Below, in pieces: positions 1-13,389 of a stretch of 64,000 nucleotides of DNA. Each line of letters begins with the position of its first letter. The first letter of the stretch is position 1. Made by a program: the position numbers and the translations under genes. The stretch comes from Spizellomyces punctatus DAOM BR117 (lineage: Eukaryota). Where the stretch lies: the NCBI GenBank assembly GCA_000182565.2, contig KQ257451.1. One strand, 5' to 3'. Below the pieces are notes generated by a model, which saw only the letters and a program-made list of their open reading frames with translations, searched no databases and was not told the origin of the DNA.

Positions 1-153
1 TTGTTGGGAACGACCGAGACATGCTCGTGTGTGCGTATTTTTGTCGCTTTACCGAGCGTTATGAGATTATGGGGACTTAAGAGGGTGATTTGTGAGATGA
101 AACGTTGGAACCAGGTCATTAATTCGTAAAATTGTTTTCCTGATCGTTTGCAG

Positions 154-3021
<2,868 letters not shown>

Positions 3022-3739
3022 AGTAAACGCTCACAGTATTATGGTTATTTCCTAGATGAAATAAAATTGTTTTTTTGTTGCCAGTGTGTTGGACTGGGTT
3101 TGGTATTTTTTTTGTAACTATGATAAAAAAAAAGGATTTCATAACCAACATTGGGTCGTACGTGTGGTACTGATGTTTATGTGTGAGAGCTTTGTTGGGT
3201 TTTTTGCTAGAGTCCTGTCGTTCTTGTTGGCAAGTAATGAAACGAGAGGTCTTCTGTTGGGGTGTTGGATCGATCTATTCTCACAGTTGTAGACCCTTCA
3301 TGCCTGAATATCATCTGTAGCTTGTTATACAAGGACCTGGTACTCCACAGTCCTATCATGTCGAATGCACTTAGTTAAAGGTGACCGTTTACCCGGGAAA
3401 TACGCAATATGCCAGGAAGATATGGTACGTACATGGTGATACGTTTCTTAATCGGGTAGTGGCGAAGTGGATGATAAGAGCTCGAGTAAGTAATCGGGAA
3501 AATACCACCTGTAAAGCAACAAAAAGACTGACTTCATCTAGAACATCTGAGTTTGTATGGGCGCTTAGCTCGGCGTCGCAATTTACTCGAAAAGGACTAG
3601 TCCCTCAATGGAAGCCCCCAAATGCTTCGCACTTTGGCATAGTGAACGAGACGGAGATCTGTGTGCTTTTTGACAATGGTAGACTAATTGTTTTTTGAAC
3701 AGACTGATGACGCAACTTGAGTGTCGAACGTCACAAAGC

Positions 3740-4463
3740 CTACATTGCAAAAAACCATTCTGGAATAGACGGCGATACAAATGTTTTTGTCGAGCCGGTT
3801 ATGAGTATTACTAGTCGGCACACTGAACTCACGGCAAACGTGTTTGATGCATCCTTGGTTGACTGAAACCTATGCGCTTCAAGAATGGTGTGCACAGTAG
3901 GAACTTGGCTCACGAGCGTCACAATCACAATGTCTACATTGCAAAAAAGCCATTCTGGAACTGAGGGAGATATTGCAAGTGTGATCAGTCGGCACACTGA
4001 ACTCGCGCGGCAAAATGTGTTTGATACTTTCTTGGCCGACGAACCTATACGCAACGGTGCACAGTTGGTTGTTGACTTGTCGCTGGTATTTCCTGAGGAT
4101 AGCACTGTCGATATGACTGGCGAGAAGAAGTATCCCTACGTGCGTATTGGCGATAGCCCGTTCGGAACTCGCTAGTTTCTGTGCTACTGGATCCGACATG
4201 TCCAGTCTACCTTTGCGGGCACCATATCTTTAGTATTGTCAATATTTTGCGAGTGCTGGGCAGTCTGCCAAATGCAAGCCGACTTGAATTGTGTGAGCGC
4301 TTCAAATATGGTGTGTAGGTCGTTGACGGATGTTGTCGCTGTAACTTCCTGATGATAGTCCAGTTGGTATGACTGGCGAGAAGATATAGCAATACGTGCT
4401 TATTCGCGATAACGGTCGGGAACGACACGTAGCACGCTAGTTTCTGTGTTGTTGGACCGGAAC
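3740..4463 (+). repeat. Degenerate local duplications (A-A'-B-B'), probably a decayed gene
   Basis: 3740-3877 resembles 3934-4052 (shared CTACATTGCAAAAAA, CCATTCTGGAA, AGTCGGCACACTGAACTC). 4071-4197 resembles 4322-4463 (shared TATGACTGGCGAGAAGA, CGCTAGTTTCTGTG). Confidence 0.75.
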
Positions 4464-4691
4464 TTTGCTATTGTTAGTATTTTGCAAGTGGTGTGCAGTC
4501 AAGTCCAAGAGCGGCCATGAAAAGCGCTCAATGATTGTCTGGATATCATTAAAAACTGTGTTGGTGTGCATGTTTTCATTTTTCATCCTATTTCATCCTT
4601 TATCGCAGGCCCTTCCTCCGAGGAGGATGCCATCATCGCCCGAAGGCTCCGGCGAGTCGTTGCTCCTACCATTTCTGGCGCGCGCACACGA

Positions 4692-5012
4692 TCAGTCCCA
4701 GGCGCCCACCTCAAAGAGGTTAGTACGTTGCATTACTACAACGACCTTTAAAGTTATCCGGTTATGACTTTTCGACCGAGTTGAGTTTAGCGCCAAGTTC
4801 CCAGGGCGGGCTCGAGTTTTACGCCGTCCCAAGGCGAGTGAAGAGAGTGAAGAGAGAGTGGGGGGATGCGGGAGAGGGTGCCTTTTTATAACTTTTGGAG
4901 GTGGGCCCCGTTGGGGCTGTGGGGTTCTTGGATGGAATGTGTTGGATGGGGTCTGTGCGTCATCAAGACCTTCCATGTCTTCTTCATCAGGGACGTTGAA
5001 CGCCCAGACCAT
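4692..5012 (-). CDS. Possible small low-complexity hypothetical protein (MVWAFNVPDEEDMEG...)
   Basis: ATG at 5012, Pro/Ser/Arg-rich open frame, branch-like ACTAAC near the 3' end. No recognisable family. Confidence 0.25.
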   Translation of the reverse strand: MVWAFNVPDEEDMEGLDDAQTPSNTFHPRTPQPQRGPPPKVIKRHPLPHPPTLSSLSSLALGRRKTRARPGNLALNSTRSKSHNRITLKVVVVMQRTNLFEVGAWD

Positions 5013-5277
5013 GCTGCTTGCTTGTTGAATAACGCGTGGACGTTCTTTTGCACACGTCATCAACGTAGATGCACGTTGCAATTTGGAAAAAGGGACGCGC
5101 AAGATGATTAGGAATTTCAAATGCATTTCCTTTGCATGCTTCGAAGATCTATTGATGTGGATAGTGGAATGGAGTTTGAAAGCAAAGCATGATGAGAAAC
5201 GAAATGAGGCAATTGGTCGATGCCCGAGAAACACATCCAACGAGATCTATACACATGCGAGCAGGACAAGACAGATT

Positions 5278-5502
5278 GGAACAGACTTACAACACGGCGA
5301 CGAACTGCAAATGAGTCAATTGACCCATGGCGGAACAGACTCCAACACGATGACGAACGAAAAAGGAGGTAATTGCGTGCCTGCGCTGCGTTACAGAGGT
5401 ACCGTTATTGGATTGTCAATTGGTCCTATGGCTGGAGTACGTGGAACAAACTTCCAACACGGTGATGAACGAAAAGGGAGTTAATGATCCTATGGCTGGA
5501 GT
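5278..5502 (+). repeat. Three imperfect ~30-nt direct repeats plus a duplicated 15-mer
   Basis: GGAACA(G/A)ACT..CAACACG.(C/T)GA(C/T)GAAC at 5278, 5332 and 5443; TCCTATGGCTGGAGT at 5424 and 5488. Confidence 0.65.
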
Positions 5503-6134
5503 TCATTCCAAATTGCGTGCCTCAAAGGGGCATCATTATTGGATTGTAAAGATACTCCTTCTGATCCAAGAAGATTCTTGGATGAACGCACATGGACATT
5601 ATTACCCTCATGACCACAGGGCTATCTCAGCGCAGTTCTTCTTTATTGCAGCAAACCAAATCTATTGGGGCTCCCCGCTGACATCTCCAAGGTCATACAC
5701 GTTATCTTTCAAGTATCCACATCCTAGTTCCGCAATATGAACCGAATGCCCTTTCGATAGTCGGTGCGGTTGACCTCATGCGATATGCGAGGACGTCTCT
5801 TCAAAGCGCCCAAAAAAAAACCGCAGTACTTGTAGATTGGATTGTAGTTGGAGATGGAGGGTTGGGTTTTGTTTTTATTAAGAGTGAATATGCAAATAAT
5901 CGTCCATCAACGGGCAAAAAACAAAGCCAAATAGTGCAATTAGTTAAGTCTTGAACGACATACAAAGCAATACTCTGACTGACTTTTGAGATCGCTGCTC
6001 TTGTTCTCACCAGACCGTGGGAAGAAACCTGAGTTAGCTTACGTAATCATGATATCCGAGATATCGGACCAACTTGCGCGTCTGGGTGATTTGCAAGCAA
6101 CCTCACATTCCGAGATCTCAAGACCACGTACACC

Positions 6135-6582
6135 ATGGCAAGCACACATGCCACAGCGCGAGAGTCTCCATTGGACGACACATTTATCCCTCAAACTCCC
6201 GCTGAACTAGCTGATCATGTAAGTGTCATGCATTAGTCGACAAGCTAGCACTGTCAAAATCTAACACGCTAGATCTTTGGACATAGGTTGAAGCAACTCT
6301 ATCCAAGCTGGCAAGTCCACACACTATAACATAAATTGATTCCAGTGTGGATCTATGTTTTAATACGTGCGATTTCATGTAGCAACAAAGAATGGAGGAC
6401 ATGTCAAACAAGATTCTCTCACAGAGTGCGTATACAATCGCCGTTTAACCAACTGTTGATGCCTTGTGCTGACAAAGGTTTCAGTGGATCAGATGGGTTC
6501 AAGAATAGATACTTTGGAAAAATCTATTGGTGATCTGTTGGTTCAAGCAAACGACGAGCAGAAACGGCCAGAGAGTAATTGA
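6135..6582 (+). CDS. HSBP1: Heat shock factor binding protein 1 (4 exons; absent from ORF track)
   Basis: Exons 6135-6218, 6287-6310, 6383-6425 and 6485-6582 give MASTHATARESPLDDTFIPQTPAELADHVEATLSKLQQRMEDMSNKILSQMDQMGSRIDTLEKSIGDLLVQANDEQKRPESN*, matching the HSBP1 coiled-coil signature (M..RID.LEK.I.DL). Intron 2 has a GC donor. Confidence 0.85.
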
Positions 6583-6656
6583 TTATATATACGAAAAGAA
6601 TACAAAATGCATATATAGATAAAATAAATGTACATGTTGATTCCCCATTTCAGCTT

Positions 6657-9332
6657 TCAATGCTTTTTCAGCTGATTTTGGCTTCTGGAGAGGATGTTTA
6701 GCTTGTTCTCCGTACCCAATGTTCGTAACACGGACGGAGAAAGGGATCCACGCCGCTCATGTTGAAGGCGGTAGATATCGTTTTCCGATCGGGAGGCTTC
6801 TATGCCAGATGTACTCATGACAGCAGTCACTGTCGACCTTCGCCGTTTACGTTTCTTCTTGACAGAGATCTTGGTTTCTACTGCTGGTCTGGCTGGACTG
6901 TGCTGTGGTGTCGTTTGCGGGGTTACGGGGTGGCTCGCCGATGGCGGCTCAGCGGGCTCGATTTGAACCTCTGGCAGCTGCGCGTTGGCAGGGATGGATA
7001 CCGGATTTGATTCCTTTGATTCGTGCCGGTTCATAGGAAGGCTTGCCTTTGTCCATGCCAAGATGCTGCCTATTCTGGATACGGTCAACCCTAGAAAGAG
7101 GGCTCCCGCAACCATTATCGTTTGAAGCAACAGTGCCGTGACATCTACATGATCTGTCATTAGTANNNNNNNNNNNNNNNNNNNNNNNNNNNNNNNNNNN
7201 NNNNNNNNNNNNNNNNNNNNNNNNNNNNNNNNNNNNNNNNNNNNNNNNNNNNNNNNNNNNNNNNNNNNNNNNNNNNNNNNNNNNNNNNNNNNNNNNNNNN
7301 NNNNNNNNNNNNNNNNNNNNNNNNNNNNNNNNGTATGACGGGCAACGGAAATCAGTCAAGAACTTACCAAATCAGTGTAGATACGGAAAAGTGTGCGATT
7401 ATAATGGGCAAGGAAGGCATCAAAGCGCTCTTGTTCTCGCAGTCCGGCACGTGTGAAGATTTCGTTCAGAACCTTGCTTTGCTCTTCCAAATAGATATAC
7501 GAAAGAGTGGCGTTCCGTTCCAAAATGCTTAAACGCTTCATCATGGTTTTGAAAATGCTTTCTTGCGTTCCCCCACCGGAGGAACCTGTTGGAGTGCCCA
7601 CTGGCTGCTCGCCGTTCGTGCCGCCGTTTCCTTGATTTCCATTGGGAGATACTCCATCACCATTGGCATTGCCTGGGGTCTGTCGGATAAAACCAGACTC
7701 TGCAGCCAGTCCTTCTGGTTCGGTGGACATTCTGGCATAAAATCGTTCGGAAATAAGCAACTGTGTTGGGTCAACCACGTTTTGCTTCCATTCATCCCAG
7801 AGCGAATCCGGCGGAAAGGATGGGCGTGCGGCGCTATAGCCGGTCAACTTTTCCAGTGCATGCGGAGTTGGGCTTGTACCGTGATGATCGGTTGCCGCTC
7901 CACTGTGCGTGTTTTTGGATTGTGATGATGACACGTGTCCCGGCAACGGCAATGATGGTGAAGTGCGAACGTTATCCGCCCGGGTGGACGTTTGTCGCTG
8001 AACGGGCACTCGGTCAGCGTTCAGAATGGGAATCAGCGAGGGCTCAAAAGGTGCATTTGCCGACGGAATAAGCCCTGTTGGCTGGGGAACAATTGCTCCG
8101 CTCGTGATTGCCAGATTATCCTCTTCTGCTTTCATCTCTTCCATCATGGTTGTACCGTACACTCGTAACATACTCAACGGACAGTAGTACTCATGACCGT
8201 ACTCTGAGAGGAAATTAACGCGTAGATAGCGAGCCCAAATGCGTGGGTTATGCACTTTAAAGTACTACACTCCCAGTTAATAGATCGACTTGGAGGATTC
8301 GAACAATAATGCCGCACTCACCTGAAAATCCCGAATATTTTTCGCACGAAACTGACCAAGGAGAGTCCATTCATTGTCCTTTGGAGGATAGCGATCGCTT
8401 GCATATATTTGGAAATCCTTAAACATGGAAGAAAAGAACTCAAAGTTCGCGAGCATGACAGTATCAACCAGAATATCTTCACATAATTCCACCACAACAA
8501 ATCGTTTTGCGGAGCACTTGTTGAGCATATACGCATCCTTATTGTTGTGCAAGATCGAAGTGACAGAACTCGCCCCACGATTGTTCGCGAGAATCAAGGC
8601 GCCGCAGTCAAAAGATGCATAATTAAATCTTTCTTTTGATATATTTGAATTGACGGTGCTAGGTCTTCCAATGGGGATGTTGGGCTGTATGGAAGGCGTG
8701 GGGTGCTCAATTTGGTCAACGGAAAGCGTTGGGCTGTGACAACTTTTTTCATCGCTTGAGTCGTGTGAAGCAGAAGTCGCAGCTGTGGTTTGATCGGTAT
8801 GATCAGGCGTGACGCTGGGAACAGTTTCTGTGGCAGTGGTTGTAGGTGCTAAAGTATTATCTTGTAAAGCAGGCTTGGTGGAGAGTGGCAGTAGAGTTTG
8901 TCCCATTAGAGCTGATGTGGGCGTTGACACAGGTGGCTCTCTTTTTGTGTCGCTAGAGGTGGCTTCCGGCAGATGGCCCTCTACACTACAAACTTGAGTG
9001 GGCATATCTTCTTGTAATGCACCTGACTGAGAGACAGGGCGACACTCCTCATGGAAAGGTGTCACGTTCGCGGTCGGCCTATCTTTGTTCATGCACTCTC
9101 TCGGCACAATTGGTTGGCTTTCCAAAGTAGCGAGTGCTTCGGTGCTCGGCAGAGCTGGTAGTGTGGACCATAACTCAGTGGGACATGTACCCTCACTTGT
9201 GAAAGACTCCCACAGGTCTGCAACCGAACAAGTGGACGAGATAAACTCCGCGGGCAAGGGTTCAGAAGCAGCGACATGGACAACAGAAAGGAAGGCCGCA
9301 CAGCAAACTAAACTTGCAGTAGAGACCTTCAT
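6657..9332 (-). CDS. SLP1: SUN-domain membrane protein SLP1/SUCO-like (interrupted by assembly gap 7166-7332)
   Basis: Signal peptide; ERFNYASFDCGA, NKDAYMLNKC, VELCEDILVDTVMLANFEFFSSMFKDF, WARYLRVNFLSEYGHEYYCPLSMLRVYG, QESIFKTMMKRLSILERNATLS..YLEEQS; C-terminal hydrophobic segment. Confidence 0.9.
7166..7332. other. Assembly gap (N run)
   Basis: Run of n inside the SLP1 gene. Confidence 1.
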
Positions 9333-9556
9333 CCTATGTCATGGGTCCTGGCGAGGACAAGAAAACTGCATGAGCGCAAAAATGGAAATAATACAAGAGG
9401 ACTGTACAGTAGGCTGCTTGCTTGGCCCGCCTTCCAGCTCGAGTGTGCTGTGCCACATACGTGGTTTTGTTGTTATGGGAACACTCTGGGATGCAAGGTA
9501 GGGATGTCAAACGAACTCCTAGATAATCCGCTAGATCAAACTCTCCAAATAACAAA

Positions 9557-10842
9557 ATGAACGCCCCTACACATATGATGCCAGGCATGCCAGGCATGCC
9601 TCCTCCGATACCCATGCCTGGAGTAGTTCCGCCTCCCCCTCGGATCCCCAAGCTACCACCTCCAACTGAGGCGAGTTTGATGCTGATTGGTTCAGAACCC
9701 GTAGCTTGGCTTGCTGACCTTGTATTTCATCCAAAAGCCTTGCCAAACCCTGTACATTCGCAACCTTCCAGAAACTCGCGCGCTTACAGGTAGATTTATT
9801 TGATATTTTTCTTTCTGGCGCTTCGGGCTCATGTTTTCACTTTGCAGCTCTTGAGAGCGCCTTGAAAGCGCTGTTTTCACAGTTTGGCGAAGTGGTTCAT
9901 ATTCGACTTAAGCGCAACATTTCACTACGTGGACAGGCCTTTGTGACCTTTAAGGAAGTTGATTCAGCGACCAAAGCACTTAAGGAGGTGCAGGGATTTC
10001 CTTTATCAGGAAAACCAATGGTATGGGAATGAAGAGTCGCAGCGGTCCGACGTTGGTTCTAATCACAGAATGTCTGTAACACGTAGGATATTCAATATTC
10101 GAGAAACCGTTCTGACAAAGCCGCAGAGCTGGAGGGCGAGGAAGCTTTGCAAGAACACAAGCGAAAGCGAGCGGAAGAGAAAGGTAAAATTGTTTAAAAT
10201 GGACGGGAATTTGCTGACGTGTTTGCTAACTGTTGATGACAGCCAACCGACACAAGAAGCCCAAGGACGAAAAGGTGGATGCTGCTGCTGTGGCAGCTGT
10301 CTATGGTCCCGGTAAGTGATCTGCGCCGGAATGACTGGTGCAGCCGTTTTGACTCTTACCACCCCCACTTCCATACAGGATACTACTACGGAGCTGCTAT
10401 GCCCGAAGATATGGTGCCCCCCAACAGTATTCTATTTGTACAAAATCTCCCACCTGAAACGACGGAAGCAGTTCTGGCTGCCTTGTTCCAACAATTTCAA
10501 GGATTCAAAGAGGTACGATTGGTACCAGGAAAGAGTGACATTGGTAAGTTTCATTTTCCTCGCGTGGACTGTATTGGGTGTATGATTTCTTAAAGGGACT
10601 CGGATACACACACGCATAAGTTGTATATCCGAAGGGTCGGCCTGTCCATTGCACTCCGGGACGGCGGAACAGTTGTTACTGCAAACTTTCATCCACTGTT
10701 GTCATTGATTGGTGTCCTTTTCTTTTTTGTAGCCTTTGTCGAGTACGAGAGCGAAATGCAAGCAGGCGTTGCAAAGCAATCCCTCAACAAATTCAAGATC
10801 ACCCCAGAAAAGGAAATCAAGGTCACATACGCCAAAAAGTAA
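9557..10842 (+). CDS. U1 snRNP A / U2B''-family two-RRM protein (U1A-like)
   Basis: Spliced RRM1: [10 protein letters not shown]...[54 protein letters not shown]2: [12 protein letters not shown]...[55 protein letters not shown]. Confidence 0.9.
10640..10665 (+). promoter_or_regulatory. Candidate intronic U1A-binding hairpin (U1 snRNA stem-loop II mimic)
   Basis: GCC(T)GTCC-ATTGCACTCCG-GGACGGC within intron 10544-10732 of the U1A-like gene; the loop carries the U1A consensus AUUGCAC. Confidence 0.75.
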
Positions 10843-10923
10843 AATAGAAACTCGTGTGTGTTTGCTGTGCTCTGCGGTTGTTTAAGAAGGAGAGCTGATA
10901 ACAACAAAGCTGTGCAGTTCCAT

Positions 10924-11023
10924 NNNNNNNNNNNNNNNNNNNNNNNNNNNNNNNNNNNNNNNNNNNNNNNNNNNNNNNNNNNNNNNNNNNNNNNNNNNNN
11001 NNNNNNNNNNNNNNNNNNNNNNN
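10924..11023. other. Assembly gap (N run)
   Basis: 100 n just downstream of the U1A-like gene. Confidence 1.
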
Positions 11024-11481
11024 AATTGACGTCAATCCATTGCTCCAGATTTGTGGGAAAAACCATTTTTTTTATGTCCAAAAGGCTCCAAAGCTGTGCG
11101 TCGCCAAAAGGAAAAATCCGGTTTTTCCTTCCCTTGCTCCTTTTGACAGGTTGCGCTTGCTTTGCTTGCGTTGCTTGCGTTGCTGAGGGCCACGTTCAGC
11201 CTCAGCTCTCCTTCTCTTCTCATGCACCCTCATATTTAACAACTTCGCAATTCATCGGCTTTGCATTTCATCTCTGTTATCGCTCGATACGACACGTGTG
11301 TGCCGAGCGCAAAACTAGCTGGTGGCTGAATGGAACACCCATCTCGAACAATCCTTGAGCAGCACATTGCACCTCTCCCAACCGACATTAGCAGGCCCAC
11401 GTCTGCCGAAACTGCCTGTCGTCTAAAGGACCAAGCCATCTTCCGCTTGTAGGGAGGGACCATCTGACGCGCTTCAGCGTG

Positions 11482-13223
11482 ATGATCTCTCCTGAAAGTA
11501 GCGCCGTTAGCGACACTGAAAGCCTCGACGCGTCCACTGCCAAAAGTGCCACCAAGCCGTAAGGGTTTTTAACTGTGTTTTTCCACTGATTTGAAGAACA
11601 TTGTCATGTTAACGAGCTCGAATTGCTGCTTGTCGTAGAAAACCCAAGCGGGCGAATCACAATGAATTGGAACGAAAGCGCCGCCAGCACCAAAAATGCA
11701 AACTGGAAGAGTTGAGGGAAGCGGTCCCAAGCTTGCAAACGAAAGACAAACCGTCCACCGTCGTTATCATGCAAAAAGCAAAGGAATACATTGATCAGCT
11801 CAAACGGCGGATTGTTGAGTTAGAGATGGACATGGATCGGATGCGGCGAGGCCAGTTTGCAGGCCAGCTTACAAAGTCCTATCCTGTGGTTGCCCACGGA
11901 GCGGATCCGCTGATTGAACGTCTTCGGCGAGAGAATAACGAGCTGAAAATGGCAGTGCAAAATTTGCAAAATCAATTATTGAAGCAGCACAGTATGCTCC
12001 AGCATTACTCTCCTGCGCTTGATCCGCTTCAGCCTGTCGTTTTGTCAGGGACACTGTCAATGTCACCTGTTGAGCTTAACAAACCCAGGGACCTGAACAC
12101 TCCGTCAAAATTGCTCACGGGAACTTTTCATACGGGAATGCATACACGAACTCTCAGCGGACCATCGTCATTTGATAGTCAGAATCTACAGCAGCGGTTT
12201 CTGAATAATGCTCCCGCCTCATCTCTACCGCACCAACAATCGTTCTCAATTACGTCGTCACCCTATGACACTCCCACCGGACTCACTTCCCCAGTTGAGC
12301 TGCAGCAACCATCCATACTCTCTGCTCAAGGTACCCCATATCCCATGGACATGGGGACCTCGGCGGCCAGTACTGGAGCAGTATCGTTTAATCATTCACT
12401 TCAGTCTTCTGTACAATCTTCGCAAGGCGGACAGTCATACGCGACAGAATTGAATCAATCCGTTAAGGTCAGCCGCACCGTTTCACAAGGTTCTTTGATC
12501 TGATGGAGTTGAGCTTACGACAGTTCCATGTACTGCAGCAGGAACATGGTGAATGGAATTTGCAGTTACAGTCAATGCAACCATTAATGCCTACGTCCGA
12601 CGCTCCTCTTACACCACTGACACCAAATGACCTCGTTTTACCAACACAACCAAAAAAAAGGAAATCTAATCAGTAAGTGATTGTGTAACCATGACTCTAA
12701 TTGTTCTGTATGAGCTCATTATCTTGTTCGCTGCGCATCAAAGTGATTTTCATTCAGTTCGAAATGTCACCTATTCCACTGTACCGCCAACTAATACAAA
12801 TCCCAGCATGGTATCGTCTCCGGTATGTTTCAACCAGACAAGTCATTGTCGGCCTTTTCACGTCCTCACGCACCATGGACCGCAGACATTATCGGATTTC
12901 AGCTTCCTCCAGGCTTTGCAGCTTACCGACAAGGCACCAAATGAACCCGCTGACCTGTCTTCTCTGGAGCTAGGAGGAAACATTCCGGTACCCGAGATCA
13001 AGTGCACAATCTGCGACAAGGGATATGGAGAAACAGTTATGTTAGACTGTGACGTGAGTACCTGTCCATTTCGGCGTGCATCCCTGGCCTTTGGTGATTA
13101 ACCGTCGAGTCTTGATTCTCATAGCGCTGCCACAATTGGTTTCACGGCGCTTGCGTCTCACTTACTGATGTAAAACTGATACCAGAGTCGTGGCTTTGTC
13201 CTAGTTGTCAAGTACTACGATAG
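11482..13223 (+). CDS. bHLH-leucine zipper transcription factor (Max/Mlx-like basic region) with a C-terminal PHD finger
   Basis: KPKRANHNELERKRRQHQKCKLEELREAVP...STVVIMQKAKEYIDQLKRRIVELE. Last two exons give CTIC-DKGYGETVML-DCDRC-HNWFHGAC-VSLTDVKLIPESWLCPSC (C4HC3). Confidence 0.8.
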
Positions 13224-13389
13224 ATGCTGTTCAAAAGTTTAATGATACGATCTGTATAAAATACTTTTATAATTAGTAGAAATAGTATATTTAGAGATAC
13301 CCCCTACGTAGCATCTGGCGAAAGGACTCTATGTTACTGTGTTAATATCGCTAGATATGAAACTGGGGATTGTCTCTAACGTTTTTAGA

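Noticed and set aside
5278-5480. CRISPR-like array (about 30-nt repeats with spacers)
   Set aside because: Only three poorly conserved units, irregular spacing, eukaryotic context and no cas genes.
10544-10732. Complete U1 snRNA gene in the intron
   Set aside because: Lacks the 5' ATACTTACCTG, a canonical U1-70K loop and an Sm site; only the SL2-like part is convincing.
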